A stretch of 64,000 nucleotides of DNA from Callorhinchus milii (Eukaryota): positions 14,634,001 to 14,698,000 of the forward strand of contig NW_024704742.1 of the NCBI RefSeq assembly GCF_018977255.1, read 5' to 3'. Shown piece after piece: positions 12,143 to 24,979 of this stretch. The position numbers were made by a program, and so were the translations under genes. The notes under the pieces were generated by a model. That model was not told the DNA's origin. It saw nothing but the letters and a program-made list of their open reading frames with translations, and searched no databases. Each line of letters starts with the position of its first letter. Positions within the stretch are counted from its first letter, which is position 1.

Positions 12143-12420
12143 ACAACAACAACAAATTGCATTTATATAGAGCCTTTCACATCAGGAAACGCTCAAGGCT
12201 CTGGACAGTCAAAGGGCAGCACTCGAGCTGGGGATTGTATTTGAGAGGGGTAGGGAACAAGGGTGGGAAGATTACTGAAGGCGTGGCCAAAGAGGAAGGT
12301 CTTGAACAGATGTTAAAGGGGAGGGAAGGGGTGAGGTGATGAGACTCCAGGATGGCATTCCAGAGAGTGGAGGCAGAAAGACTGAGACTGAGCGCTGATG
12401 GTGGGGCAGGCAGGGAAGTT
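12143..12420 (-). mobile_element. L2 3' fragment
   Basis: (CAA)n then ttgcatttatatagagcctttcac, followed by G-rich antisense L2 3' sequence. Confidence 0.7.
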
Positions 12421-12609
12421 ACCTTGTATTAAAAGTAAAAGTTTTAATTCTGCACTTGTACTTCTGTTGTTTAAGAAATATGAGTGTCATTATGTTTTAG
12501 TGTACAATCCTGTCAGAGGCTTATGATTAGAAACGTTGTACTATATTTACACCTGTATTGGGTATGTTGGACACTATTCCTCTCTCGGGCTCTCATACTT
12601 CTTTTTGAT

Positions 12610-12835
12610 GTTAGAGAAGCTATTTCCTCTGGTAGGGGGATCCAAAACAAGGGGACATAGTCTTAAAATTAGAACCAGGCCATTTTAGTGTAAAATCAGG
12701 AAGCATTTTTTCATTCAAAGGATGGTAGAAATCTGGAATTCTTTCCCCCAAAAGGCCGTGGATGCTGGATCCATCCACACCTTGAAGAGTGAGGTTGATA
12801 GATTTTTGGTAGGTCAGAGTATGGGGTATATCACA
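12610..12835 (+). mobile_element. CR1 LINE 3' fragment
   Basis: Degenerate TRGHSLKI...RKHFFIQRMVEIWNSFP, typical of the CR1 ORF2 C-terminus. Confidence 0.75.
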
Positions 12836-14029
12836 CAGGGCAAAATTCATTCATACAATGGAAACCTTACAATGAAATAAAGATTTTGTTAAGGGCACTT
12901 AAGATGCATAGATTGTTATTTTGAGATTTCCTTCCATGCACTACATCAAGATAGCTCCACAGCATAAGAGATCCAGAACCAATGAATTTTAACGTGGAGG
13001 TAGGAGCATTGCAGTAGCCTGATAAACATTTGCAATCCATGCCATATAATTTACAACAACAATTTGCATTTATATAGCGTTCTTCACATAGAATGACGTC
13101 TGAGCATTTAAATGTCAGCATTTAAATATAATGCCGGCCGGCAAGAAAGAAAAAATAAGGGCAAATGTTTTGGCCAATAATTAACATGAACTGGTGGTGC
13201 TAAAGCTGCCACCCAATGAAATAGACTGAGAATGTATTCCTCAATTGAATGAGCTGCACACAATTCCTTCTGAAAGTGTAAGTTACTCACATCTGTCAGC
13301 AGTTTGGTTGTGTCATCTCATACCATTAAATGTCACTCCTGTTTAATCAGGTGTGACATGACGCCTTTGAATTCAAAATCAGAAATAGATTGTCATGTAT
13401 TTTTATCGATGCCTTTCAATTTCCTCTTTCACATCACTCACCCTCACCAAGTTCACATCTCAACTAGTGTTAACATTTTTTAAAAAATGTACTTGTCGAT
13501 TGGCAAGCGAGACTATTTAAAACTCAGCTGAAACTTTTTTTTCAATTGCCAAAGTGCTAGCTGAGAAATAAAATTAATTCTAAAAAGGGAATAAAATAAA
13601 AGGAAAGCAGCCAGAAACCAGGGAACAATTGCCCAGAACACAAAGAAAGCAGAGGAAACAATTCCAATTAGGGATGGAGATAGGATAAAAACATCTTACT
13701 CGCAAGCTGTTGAGTAAGTCACTCCTGAGTGTTTGCCAAGTGGAATTTTCCAGCCCTGCAACCAATAAACCAGAACACCAGTAAGGAATGTGGGTTACAG
13801 CCTCCACTGTGGTATTCAGTATCCCCATTCAACAAATCTATAAGAAGGAGCTGTTCTTCAGTGACACAAGATGAACTTGAAGCCACTTTCGCTTGTATAA
13901 AGTCATGTAAAAAATATTTCAAACACTTAGCAATGAGAACAGCAAACACTGATTGAGTTGTTTGAACAATCTGAAGAGTGCCAAATTGGAATCATATGAA
14001 CACATGTATCAGGTCAATGTACCACTATA

Positions 14030-14272
14030 TCAGCTGGTAGAACTCTTGCCTCTGAGTCACAAGGCTGTGGGTCCAAGCCCAACATGTGGAAATGATCTTA
14101 TAGACTAGACTGAGACTCTAGTGCAGACTGGGAGTTGCAACACTGCTGGAGGTGCCATCTTTCGGATCAAACCGAGGATGCTGACTGCCTGTTCCATGTT
14201 AAAAATCCCATGGTACTATTTGAGAAATGAAGTGAGTTTTTCCAAGTGTCCTGGCTAACAATCCTCCAGGTT
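14030..14272 (+). mobile_element. Old SacSINE1/DeuSINE-like element (5' part)
   Basis: tggtagaactcttgcctctgagtcacaaggctgtgggtccaagccc...ggaggtgccatctttcggat...aaaaatcccatggtactatttga. Confidence 0.7.
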
Positions 14273-14764
14273 AATTGTTCATACTTGATGTATGATTTTA
14301 AAATTGCCGTTGATCCCTATGTACTTATGAATTTTAGTTGTAGTCTTGAAGTTGTATCCCCCTCTCCCCTGCTCAGTGCCTGACACCATCATCGTAAAAT
14401 AGCTCTGGGAAGGGCACTGCATAAACATAAGTTGCTGTTGTTACCACCAGTAGTGAGGTAAACTGCAAATTGACCTTCAAAGGAGTCTGCTCTAGGTCAG
14501 GTATAAGCGTTTGCTCTTGTGAACTCTCAGATACTTCCCCGAGCAGCAAATTCACTCATGCGTATACCGATTTACAACTTTGACTGCCAGACATATCATT
14601 AGTTCCTGCAGCAAACAATGTCACTGGTGTCTGTATGGCAAACAAGCCTCTCTTGATTAAGTTGTGAAAAGCTTCAATATTGGAAAGATTTAAACTTGTA
14701 TTCCAGATGAGACAGTTGGAAGGCTTAATAATTATATGGTATTAAAAAAAAGGGTTTAAGGGAC

Positions 14765-14985
14765 TGCAACTGAACTACAATTGGGTCCGATTTGTATAAC
14801 AACCCATGTGCAACAGTGCCAAGTTGGATTAACCATGTGTAGCATTCTGTAATTATTGGTTGTTCAAACATAGCTAAGGGCACCTCTAATTCCTGCTATG
14901 CAATTGCACAAGGTTATCCAACCCCAACATTTTGAAGATGACTTGTTAACCCAACCTACAAATTAGACTCCAGTTTAATTTGCCC
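14765..14985. repeat. Decayed palindromic (MITE-like) element
   Basis: Nested inverted pairs gggtccgatttgta / tacaaattagactcc and gttggattaaccatgtg / cacaaggttatccaac. Confidence 0.5.
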
Positions 14986-15157
14986 ACTCCTAAGTCAATG
15001 TGAGCAACTCATAAATCCCTAATTGTCTCAAATGTTTCAAATGAAGGCATTCTGAACACATGACTATTGAAGATGGGGGATGTTTATATTCTTATCCAGT
15101 GGTGACTCACTCCACGACTGTTTGTGGGACATTATTGTGTGCAATAGTCTGCCGTAT

Positions 15158-15526
15158 GGAGTCCTGTAGCTCAGTGGTTAGAGCACTCGCCTCACAAGCG
15201 AGAGGACCTTGGTTCAATTGCCGGCCAGGGCGAAACATTGGGCAAGTTTCCTTACTCCACACGCCTCTATTTACTAGCAGTAAGTCGGAACCCGGTTGTT
15301 AGTCGATTGGCGAATCGCTTTTCCGGGGTAATAATCCCTTCAAAAAAAATAATGATACTAATTTGATCACTCACTATTTATGGGACATTGTTGTGTGCAA
15401 TTGGCTGTCGCTTTTCACCCACAAAATAAGCAGTCAATTCATGTTACAGTGTATACTGTGAAGCGCTTTGAGGCATCTCAACAACGTGATAAGGCGCTAT
15501 ATCAAAAGCAAGCACTATTATTATTA
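15158..15526 (+). mobile_element. tRNA-headed Deu-domain SINE, long subfamily, in a MYOZ2 intron
   Basis: Full head, ~60-nt extra internal segment, Deu core and tail; preceded by a separate Deu fragment at ~15100-15155. Confidence 0.9.
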
Positions 15527-15692
15527 TGTGGCAGGGAGGACACTGTGAATTTGCTGAAGTTTTCCATATTGGTTTTGATTTTCTCCTGGAAAAATTTGTG
15601 AAAGTACAAAGAAAATTGAAAACCTTTATAAAATGTAAAGATTATCTTTAGAAATGCTAACTTTCTGCTTAATTTTTGCCTATATGTCACAG

Positions 15693-15859
15693 ACATAGAT
15701 GTTGACTTTGGAAAAAAGATCAGCGTTCCCAAGGACATCATGTTGGAAGAACTTTCTCTCCTGTCAAATAGAGGATCCAGGCTATTTAAAAAGAGACAGA
15801 GAAGATCTGAGAAATATACATTTGAGGGATACCAAAACTCCATCAATTCACAAATGAAT
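15693..15859 (+). CDS. MYOZ2: Myozenin-2 coding exon 2 ([56 protein letters not shown])
   Basis: Calsarcin signature; AG at 15691-15692; donor T|GTAAG; 167 nt, phase 1 to 0, in frame with neighbours. Confidence 0.95.
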
Positions 15860-17050
15860 GTAAGTATTCACAGTACAGTGCTACTTTATTTTATCTAACC
15901 TTGTCTTGTTCATGCTTTTATCCTATTCCAGTACTCTTTGTTGCATGGAAAATCATTGGATCCATGAAACTTACTGTTTACTTCAATAAAACTCACTGTT
16001 TTCAGCGTATTAATAGTACTGTCATTCCCTTATCTGGACTTCAAAGCTATATTTATTCTATTTTGTTACAGTAAATTGATAATTCAAGTGTGTTTGAGTC
16101 AATCAACACTGCTGGCTCAGCAAGTGAAGTCTGTACTGCTTACATTGCTACTGTATCTGAAGTTCACATCAAAACAGCCAGGTTCAGCCTGTTTGACATT
16201 AATTTAGCTCCTAGAAATTATATAAGCTGAATCAACGCCAGTTTTAAGAAGAAGAAGAAGAAGAGGGTGGTTTGAGGCCAGCAAGTTCAATTGGCTGGAG
16301 AGTGGTGCTGTTAATAATAAATATAATAATAATCTTTGCATTTGATATACCACTTTTTAAGGAATAAGGTCACAAGCTTGATCCACATAAAGGCCATAAT
16401 ATGCCATCATAGTGGGTAGTGGGAACTTGTTGCCTGAAACAATGGTCGAAGCAAATAGTAGAGAGGCATTTAATGAGGAAACAAGATATACACATGAGGT
16501 AGAAGGGAATAGAAGGGTGTAGGAGGGAGTAAGCAGTGGGTGGAGACTCACATGGAGCATAAACACTGGCATGCACTGGTGAGGCTGATATTTTGAGGTA
16601 TCTATCTACTTGAAGTTAAGGTCAAATCAGTCTTTCCCACTTTCCCAGTCATGTTATCATTGCAAACAACTACATAAGCTCTAAAAACAAAATTGCTTGA
16701 TTAGAAAGAGTGTCAATGAATAGGTCAAATTAGAAAAACGTGTCAATTGCAATGCTGAACTAGGATTAAAATGGAATATCTCAGTACAAAAAACATTATG
16801 TGTATATGCGTATGCCAGCAATATATTCACTATATATGCATACAAGCATATATGAGTGAAAGTTATCAAGTGTGTGGTATATAGCTATCACTAATCGTAA
16901 TAATCACACATCAGAATTTTGACCTCACACTGTGTACCGATTCAATCCAGTTGGAAATGAATTAGTGCCTGAGAAAATGTAATCAATTAAAGATTGACCC
17001 ACATTAAGTACACTATAACATGTACCCTAGTTCTTTTGAATCTTTTCCAG

Positions 17051-17204
17051 AGCTATATTACTTCCCAGACACATTACAGTGAAGGAACGGAGAATGGAAA
17101 AACTGTGGGAAATGAATTAGAAGTTGGGCAGCAACATACCCCTAAAACACCTCCTAATACTCCTGATCCAAGGACTCCACCAAATCCAGATGCTATTGCT
17201 CCAG
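17051..17204 (+). CDS. MYOZ2: Myozenin-2 coding exon 3 (...TPKTPPNTPDPRTPPNPDAIAP+G)
   Basis: TPPNTPDPRxPPNPDxIAPG is characteristic of MYOZ2; ttttccag acceptor, G|GTGAG donor; 154 nt. Confidence 0.95.
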
Positions 17205-17956
17205 GTGAGAGAAACTGCATTAGGCAATAGTGCACACGACCTTCCCTCTCTTGTGCTCCAGAAATGGAGTGGCCGAGTTTTAAATGTATTCAATGAATCC
17301 AAGGCACAAGGCAGCTCTATGTGGTGAGGAAGCAATGCAACAAGCTAGCAGCAACATGACATCACACGAACAGTAATAATTTAACTTTCCCTGACTTATG
17401 TTTACCATTAGAAACAATAATGAAAGCAGTTTGAAGTACCTTCTTCATCCAAATCCATCTTGTGATCTTGCAATCTTGTGACATGTTTACTGTATAAAGC
17501 ATTAAGCAGATGTACTAAATGTGGAACTAAAGGCACACATCTAAAAACCATGGCCAGGAGAGAATAAAATAGGCCAATCAGCTGGGTGCATACACTTCTT
17601 CAAATGTTTCTTCATTTGCGTTCCTAGAGAATCTTTTTTCTTAATTTAAGATTATTTTATAATGTATGTACTTTCAGATAAAGTCTCTCAGTCTCCACGC
17701 TGCTCCTTAGGGCAATGATTCTTCCCATTGAGCTCCGATTAATCAGGCATGCCAAACCTTGCCAGACAGTGCTTAAAATGGTTTTAGCTAATCAAATTCC
17801 AGCAATACCCAACACACACCTTTGCCTAATACTTTTCAGGATTACGTAAGCAGGGTACATCCCTTCCATGAGTGAATGTGCATTCCATTCCAGACACCGG
17901 AAAATTTCCCTGCATTGGTGGCATTCACATGTGGAAACTTAATCTGATTTAAATAC

Positions 17957-18153
17957 TCTTAAGCATGGTGATCTCAGCGCCTTGGGACGTCCTCCCGACG
18001 TGAAAGGCGCTCTATAAATGGAATCTTGTTGTTGTTGTTGTTGGTGTCCCCATGTGTCAGACACCTGGCTGACAAAACAAATGCTGCAAGAAGCTACATT
18101 TTTTGGTCAGCCAGGTGTCTGACACATGGGGACCTCCATCACCATGCTTAAGA
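17957..18153. mobile_element. Palindromic MITE interrupted by a 70-bp L2 tail
   Basis: Right arm 18106-18153 is the near-perfect reverse complement of 17957-17972 joined to 18043-18073; 17973-18042 is an L2 3' end. Confidence 0.85.
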
Positions 18154-19370
18154 CTTGGCTTCCAACTTGTTAGTTCTACCTTTCTTTCAGTTTAGATTCT
18201 CAGTGTATTACTCCTCACTCTTTACTGTATTTACAACTCTTATTGTGGAACTTCTCTCTTTTCCTTCACTCATTTCTAAGACCTTAAGTTCAGGAGAACA
18301 AATCACTGGAACAAAGTAGCAAAATTAGCTGGACAAATGCCTGATTTTGTTGTGCTTTCTCTGAGAAGTCTCAGTGGCTATTTATCCAGATTCCGCAAGC
18401 ATTGGGAAACTGATCAATCAGCAGACTTTCTGGAACTCCTTGTCTGTATCCATTTTTTTATGTGAATGCAGTGAGCTTTAATAGTCTTTATAGAGACAGG
18501 AACCTTGGGCACAAAAATCATAGCTTTTTAAATGTCATCCTCTTGATCTCATAATCTAGCAAAACCAAAACAAAGGCCAGTGATCTCATTGAAGCAGTTA
18601 ATGACAGTAAAAGATAAATAAAATCAATTCACTTCACTGTGCATATTAAACGTATCTTGTAAGTTAATATCAGCTATGTATATAGAGTTATTGAAATTAT
18701 TGTGTTTATTGTTTAAGAACTGGAGCTTACTTTGAAGCTATAAAATAGCCTGGGGAACGAGCAGGGAAATATTCTTTGATTAGAATAGTTAGCACAAGTG
18801 GAGGAGCTAGTACAGCACAGGCAAGATAGGTTGAATGGCCACCTTCTGATGGAATTGCTATGAATATAAAATGTATTACAAAGCCATAAACATAGGACTG
18901 CAACTAAACACATCAAAGAGCAATTCAGTGGTGAAGTTTACAGATACGTAGAGCAAAGGTAGTATAATTTACACTAAAGCTATATTGCAAATATAAAAGA
19001 AGTATGGGTTTGTTTACAATGACAGTTCAAAATGGTTGTAGTTGTCTATTACAATGATGAGATTTCCTAACAGTATTCCCTAACTGATACTTTGGCTAGT
19101 CAACCAGGTGCCAGATTACTGCCATTGTTGCCCTGTTGCCGATTACTGGGGGTTACATTGGAACGATAGTATTTGACTCTTCCTCTGGGGCAGTACCTAG
19201 CTTTCACTTTCTGCTTCTATCTGTCAGCTCAGCAGAGGTTAAGAGCTTGATGTGTAGGGAAGCCCAAAGCCAAATTTCTAATGATGTAATGTGAAATGAC
19301 CGCCTCAGACAAACAGTGATTTAGAAATGTTGCGCAGTTTTCATTTGTGAGAGATTGTCTTTCTACACAG

Positions 19371-19554
19371 GGTATACTGGACCACTGAAGGAAATTCCAC
19401 CTGAAAAATTCAACTCAACAGTGGTACCCAAATCCTATCAGACACCTTGGGAAGAAGCCATTGCAAGTGATCCTGAACTTGTTTCAATTTTACAACCCAG
19501 GATGCTGGAGGTTACACCTAAGACAGAACTGCCTGAGTATAAGACTTTTAACAG
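19371..19554 (+). CDS. MYOZ2: Myozenin-2 coding exon 4 ([31 protein letters not shown]...PEYKTFNR)
   Basis: Calsarcin motif; ctacacag acceptor, AG|GTAAAA donor; 184 nt. Confidence 0.95.
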
Positions 19555-19894
19555 GTAAAATATTCTTGAGCACCAACTCCTATCTTTAACTTTGTTTGAA
19601 ACTATTGTACATTTAAAGGGAGGTAACACGAGGAATAATGATTTATTAGCCCATAAAATTATTATTTTGCAAACATTAAATGATAACTGTCTAAAGTACT
19701 ATTGGCGAGTGAGCTCGATGGGATGACATTAGAACTTATTGTGTCGCAGCCCAACTCCATTTGTGCAACAGAAAAATACCTCAGACTTGGAATTGGTTGT
19801 GTGGTGGAACTCCTCTCCTAAGCCAATAATGGCCAAGAAATCAGCTTTTAGAGCAGATTTTCAACTATTTAGAGATTAATAAGAGGTCAACATG

Positions 19895-20295
19895 CATCAG
19901 TTGATAGCACTTTTGCCTCTGTGCCAGATGATTATAGGTTGAAGGTCCATGTTGTGGCTGCTCACAATTTAGGCTGACTCTCCACAGCAGTACTGGGGAA
20001 GGACTATATTATCAGAGGTGCCATCCTTCAGATGTAAAGTTAAACCAGAGTCCCTTCTATCTGTTCAAGTGGATGTTAAAGATCCCATGGCCCAACTCAA
20101 AAAAAGAAGGCAATTTCCCTCAGCCTCCTGACCAACAATCTCCAAATAAAATATTGGTCATTTACTTCATGACTGATTGAAAAGATTGCCATATGCAAAT
20201 TGGTCACTGTCACAACACTTGACAGCAATTATCTGTAAAACACTTTGATACCTTTAGACATTATATGTGCTAGGATTAAATGCAAGGATTATTAA
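19895..20295 (+). mobile_element. Old SacSINE1/DeuSINE-like element
   Basis: aggctgactctccacagcagtactgggga...caagtggatgttaaagatcccatggc...aaatgcaaggattatt. Confidence 0.7.
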
Positions 20296-21134
20296 TTTTG
20301 AATAATGTGGAGTCCATATTTAGAATAAACATTAAAAACACAGAAAAACACTCACAGTAAAAAAAAGTAATTTCATAAAAGGTGGAAAATGTTAAAATAA
20401 ATGACATTAAAAATTAAATAAAACTAAATTTAAAATAAAGAAAATGGAAGAATGACAATGAGTAAGAGAGAATGGGAAGGAAAAGGAAAACAAAGCAAAT
20501 AGTAGGGTTTAAAACCTATCCAACCTTTTTATCATCCAAATACGGGACAAGGCGGGTAACTGGACTTGAGGTACAGATCAGTCATGATCTTATAAAATGT
20601 TGGAACAGGCCTGAGGGACTGAATAGCCTACTCTTGTTTCTATGTTTCAAAGCTCTTCTGCCCAGATGCTCATCCACACCTACAAAAATTTTCCATGCCC
20701 TCCTTGCATCTCGCTACCTCACTGTGTTCTTCTCGAGCCCCATTGTTCTGCTTGTCCTTTCTGCTCAACACATTTGGGTCTGCTGTGTAACGCTCATCCC
20801 AACTTTAGCAACGAGCCTTCAGCCACTATTTCCCCACTCTCTGGAACTCCCTTCCTCAATCTTTCCATCTCACTCTCTCTCCATCTATCCTCAGAAGCTA
20901 CTGAAAACCTACGTTTTCAACTATGCTTACAATCAACTCTCTCCTCCTCTACTTTTCCTTTTGAAAATCCCTTAATTTACATTCAGTCAGGCAGACAGGT
21001 AACCTGTCTATCCACAGATCTGAGACAATAATGCTTCAGAAATAATCAGCAGGGAATCATTCTGGTTGACTTGTCCTCCAATTTCCCTATCCCACCTCTC
21101 GGTCTATATTCCACACAATAGTCTCTTTATTGTA

Positions 21135-22430
21135 TAACAACAGCAACAACAAAATTCCATATGTATTGTGCCTTTCACATTGGGAGGATGTCCCAAGATG
21201 CTGGACAGTCAGTGTTTCGGACCCGAGCTGGGTGTCGGGTTTGGGGAGGGTGGATGGCAGGGGGGGAAGCAGGGTGATCAAAACCACGGTTGAAGAGGAG
21301 AGTCTTGAGATAGGTCTTGAAGGAGGCAAGGGAGAGTGCGAGGTGGTGGAACTGTGGGATGGAGTTCCATACGGTAGCAGAAGGCCCGCCCGCCCGGGCG
21401 AGACTGGAATGTGAAGCACGCTGGAGCCCGCTGAGCGGAGGGAGTGGGCAGGTAGGGGTTTGGGGGTCACAGAGGTAGTGGGGAGCAAGGCCATTGAGAG
21501 CTTTGAAGGTGAGGACCAGGATCTTGAACTGTATCCTCTGTGTGATGAGAAGCCAGTGAAGTTGGGCAAGGATGGGGGTGATAGGTCACAGAGTCTGGTG
21601 CAGGAGAGGACACATGCTGCAGAATTCTGGATGACTTGCAGCCTATGGAGGGAGGAGTTAGGGAGGCCGACAAGCATGGAGTTTGCATAGTCAAGCCTTG
21701 ATGTTATGAAAGCATGTATGAGGGTTTTGGCGGCCTGCGATGTGAGACAGTGGCAGAACAGGGTGATGTTGCGGAGGTGGGGGAAGGCAGAGCGTGTCTT
21801 GGCATGGATGTGGGGTAGAAAACACAGTTGAGGGTCAACAAGACGCCAAGATTCCAAACTGGCTCAGTGAGGTGGAGTGTGCAACCATGGATGGTGATAC
21901 TGTCAGCACCTGAGGTATGGAGGCGCTGACGGGAGCCAATCAGGAGAGCCTCGGTCTTGTTGACGTTCAACTGAAGAAAGTTAGCTCTCATCCAGTTCTT
22001 GATGTCTGACAGATATTCAGTCAGGACAGCAGATGTCCTGGAGTCGAGCGTGGAAGCAGAGAGATATAGTTGGATGTCATCCGCATACATATGGAAAGTT
22101 GACCCCATGTCTGTGGATGATGTGACCAAGAGGGTGCATATAGATATTGAAGAGAAGGGGACCAAGGACAGAGCCCTGTGGATCTCCACACGAGTTGGTA
22201 CAGGGGCTAGAGGAGAAACCATTTGTGGAGATGAAGTGGAGGCCGTCTGAGAGGTACAATCTGAACCAGTCAAGAACAGAGCAGTGAAGGTTGAGGTAAG
22301 AGGAGAGGCGGTGTATGAGGATAGAGTGATCAATGGTGTTGAAGGCAACAGAAACGTCAAGGAGGATGAGGAGGCAGATGGAGCCCTGGTCGCAGATGGA
22401 CAGAATGTCGTTTGTCATTTTGACTAGTGT
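21135..22430 (-). mobile_element. 5'-truncated L2 LINE (RT to 3' tail), frameshifted
   Basis: ORF fragments with [41 protein letters not shown] and AFITSRLDYANS; (CAA)n tail at ~21137. Confidence 0.92.
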
Positions 22431-23329
22431 GGCAAATGACAAATAACTCTCCTATGAGAGGTACAGTGATTACATCTTCAATTGTTTAAGAAAATTCTTA
22501 CTCTGGTTCTCTGATCAATACTGATACTTGTTGTCCCATTCATGTGTAGGAAATCACTATGCCAAGACCGTGAGAGCCCAAGCAAAGTGGAACTGTTTAC
22601 AGTTTTTGCTGTTTTATCTATTCACCAAACATTGGGAACACCTTGTGGATACCGAGCAAATATTTCCAAAGCTCAAATTGCACCATAGCATCAACAGATC
22701 ATTTTAGGCCTGATCAGTCCAGTTGACATTTCTTAAAGGAATATATTGAGATCTCATTATGTTTAAGGCCCTCAGCTGATCTTTCATTGAGCCAGTAATT
22801 TCATAATAATTTTTTCATAATATTTCACTAAAATATGATGCCACAATTAAATTGTATCCTTTTTTGAGACTGTTGATCTATTTTTGATCTATTTTGGTCT
22901 ATTTTATTCATGATCGTTTAGGGCCTTAGCTGCCAAACCATCAAAGAATATCCAATTCTCCAGGCAAGCCAATTCACCTCCCACGCTTCAGGGCACCATA
23001 TGTCAGAGATGCACATGTTTATTCCAGGCAATGTAATTTCATCGCAGAACTCTGGAGTGGAGTTTTCAGTCAAGAGTGTTGTTATCTAGTATTTATTTCT
23101 GATGCATCTCAGTGGTGGCTGACATAGCTTGGAATCCAACTCCTGTTATTTGTTATTTGATTTGTGAAAATCGTGTTTTTAAAATTGGACGTTGCTTTAG
23201 TTTTAAATTCTGGAGAACAGAGATGTCCTTCACCATAAGTCTCATTGGAATCTAAAGCTGTTATCCCTTTTATCATTTGGCAGTTTCTGTTCCAACTTTT
23301 TGACTCTTTGGCAATGTTTGCAGTCTGCA

Positions 23330-23640
23330 TGTGGCCTTGGCAGCAAGCTATTGCTTTGTGCTGCCTTTCATTGCGATGCTGGATGACAAAGTAATAGTTT
23401 CCTAAAACTAAAATCCAATGGGCCATCTGCCCGCACTCTTCTATGTTTATACAATTTCCTAACAAGGATAGAGTAGCACCTGATCATCCTTATTAAGCAC
23501 TTGTATCCAACAAGGCAGGACTATGAATGATGGACTCAAGAGTTATTAGCTTGTAATGCAATATTATTCTGTTGCATTGCTTAAAACCTAACTATAATAG
23601 GTAATCATTCTTTCACCCTCAGTCTATTCTGTAAAAGTAC
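23330..23640 (-). mobile_element. Degenerate Gypsy/Ty3 LTR-retrotransposon RNase H fragment
   Basis: Minus-strand pieces ITYYS*VLS...YCIT..LL, LVGYKCLIR and GQMAHWILVLGNYYFVIQHR follow the order of the Gypsy RNase H motifs IAYYSR.LS..E.NY, F.I.TDH and LARW...L..Y.F.I.HR. Confidence 0.55.
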
Positions 23641-24237
23641 CTAACCTGGTTCTGGGTTGCTTATCTGGAGGAAATTGATCCTCCCAAAGGAAAAGAAATG
23701 TTGAAATGTTGACCTTTAGCAAACTGTAGTCTGTAGTTCAAGTAAAACAGGGTCTATCAGAGGACTATTACTCCCCCAAAGAACATCTTTTCAGATCAGT
23801 AAATAGAACATTAGTAGAGAAAGCTTCTTGTTTCAGTATTGTTTCTGGTTTCACTATTCCCATATTACAGGAGTAATAATAATATTATATTAAGGCTTCC
23901 CTTTGATGGGAGGCTGAGTAGGCTTGGATTAGACTTCAGAGTTGAGGAGATTATGGGGGTGATTTGATTGAAGTGTTTAAAATAATGAAGGGAATTGGCA
24001 AGCCAGTGGACAGCAGATGACTCCCTGGTAGGGAGATTTAAAACAAGGAGCAAAAATTAAGTGGTTAGAAGCTAAATGACAACATTTATAAAATTGTGGA
24101 ATGTACTGCCACAGAAGGCTATAGGGACAGAATAAATCAAGATAATAATCCTTGCATTTGATATAGCGCCTAATCACATTGCTGAGATGACTCAAATCGC
24201 TTTACAGGATATATTGTCAAGAGAAATGTGTTTAAAG

Positions 24238-24279
24238 TGGGTGGGGAGGGGGGGGTGGGGGGGTGGGGGTTGGGGGGTG
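24238..24279 (+). repeat. G-tract cluster (potential G-quadruplex), inside a CR1 3' relic
   Basis: Six runs of 4 or more G separated by 1-2 nt. Confidence 0.7.
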
Positions 24280-24810
24280 CACGGAAAAGAATGTATAGGG
24301 AAATCATAAGAAAATAGGATTAAAGATCTGCAATGATCTGGTGGAACAGGCTTGATGGGTTGAAGGGCCTTGTTTGTATTCGTATCAATAGTGTTATCTT
24401 AGGCAGGCAGAGTTTGGTTGCTCACCTCTGGGAGAGATAGTCCATGGTTGGATTTACTGTGAAAGACCAGCCTGTTACGGAGCTTTTTAACATAATAAGC
24501 ACCATGAGCTTCATGTTAACACTAGCCTACAGGCAGGCAATCTGGTGATACAAACACTGTGTTTCAAGTTCCAGTCAGGTGGCATGACCACTGGCTCCTG
24601 TGCTCCATCATGTGTTTAAAATTAACATAATGTTTATTTAACCATGGGTTGCAATCTGCAATCAAAGCTATTATTGGGTGCACTGGATTCCATTAATAAT
24701 AACTATTTTACAGCTTTGACTGGTTTTGTAGTAACATAATGCCCAGAAGAAAACACGCTCTACACCACCCTACAAGGGAGCAGTCATATGGTTGATCCAG
24801 TAAAAGGAGT

Positions 24811-24979
24811 GTGGAGTCTTGAAGCTTAGCGGTTAGAGCACTCGCCTCACAAGCGAGAGGACCTGGGTTTGATTCCTGGTCAGGGGAAAAGGTTGGGCAA
24901 GTTTCCTTTCTCCACACGTCTCTGTTAGCAGTAAGTAGGAATCTGGTTGTTAGTCAATTGGCGGATCGCTTTCCCGGTG
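24811..24979 (+). mobile_element. Long-subfamily SINE, 5' half (split by an L2 insertion)
   Basis: Head through ...cgctttcccggtg; continues at 28689. Confidence 0.88.

Noticed and set aside
18738..18749. MEF2-like gctataaaatagc in a MYOZ2 intron
   Set aside because: One base too long for CTA(A/T)4TAG, and near matches are common in AT-rich DNA
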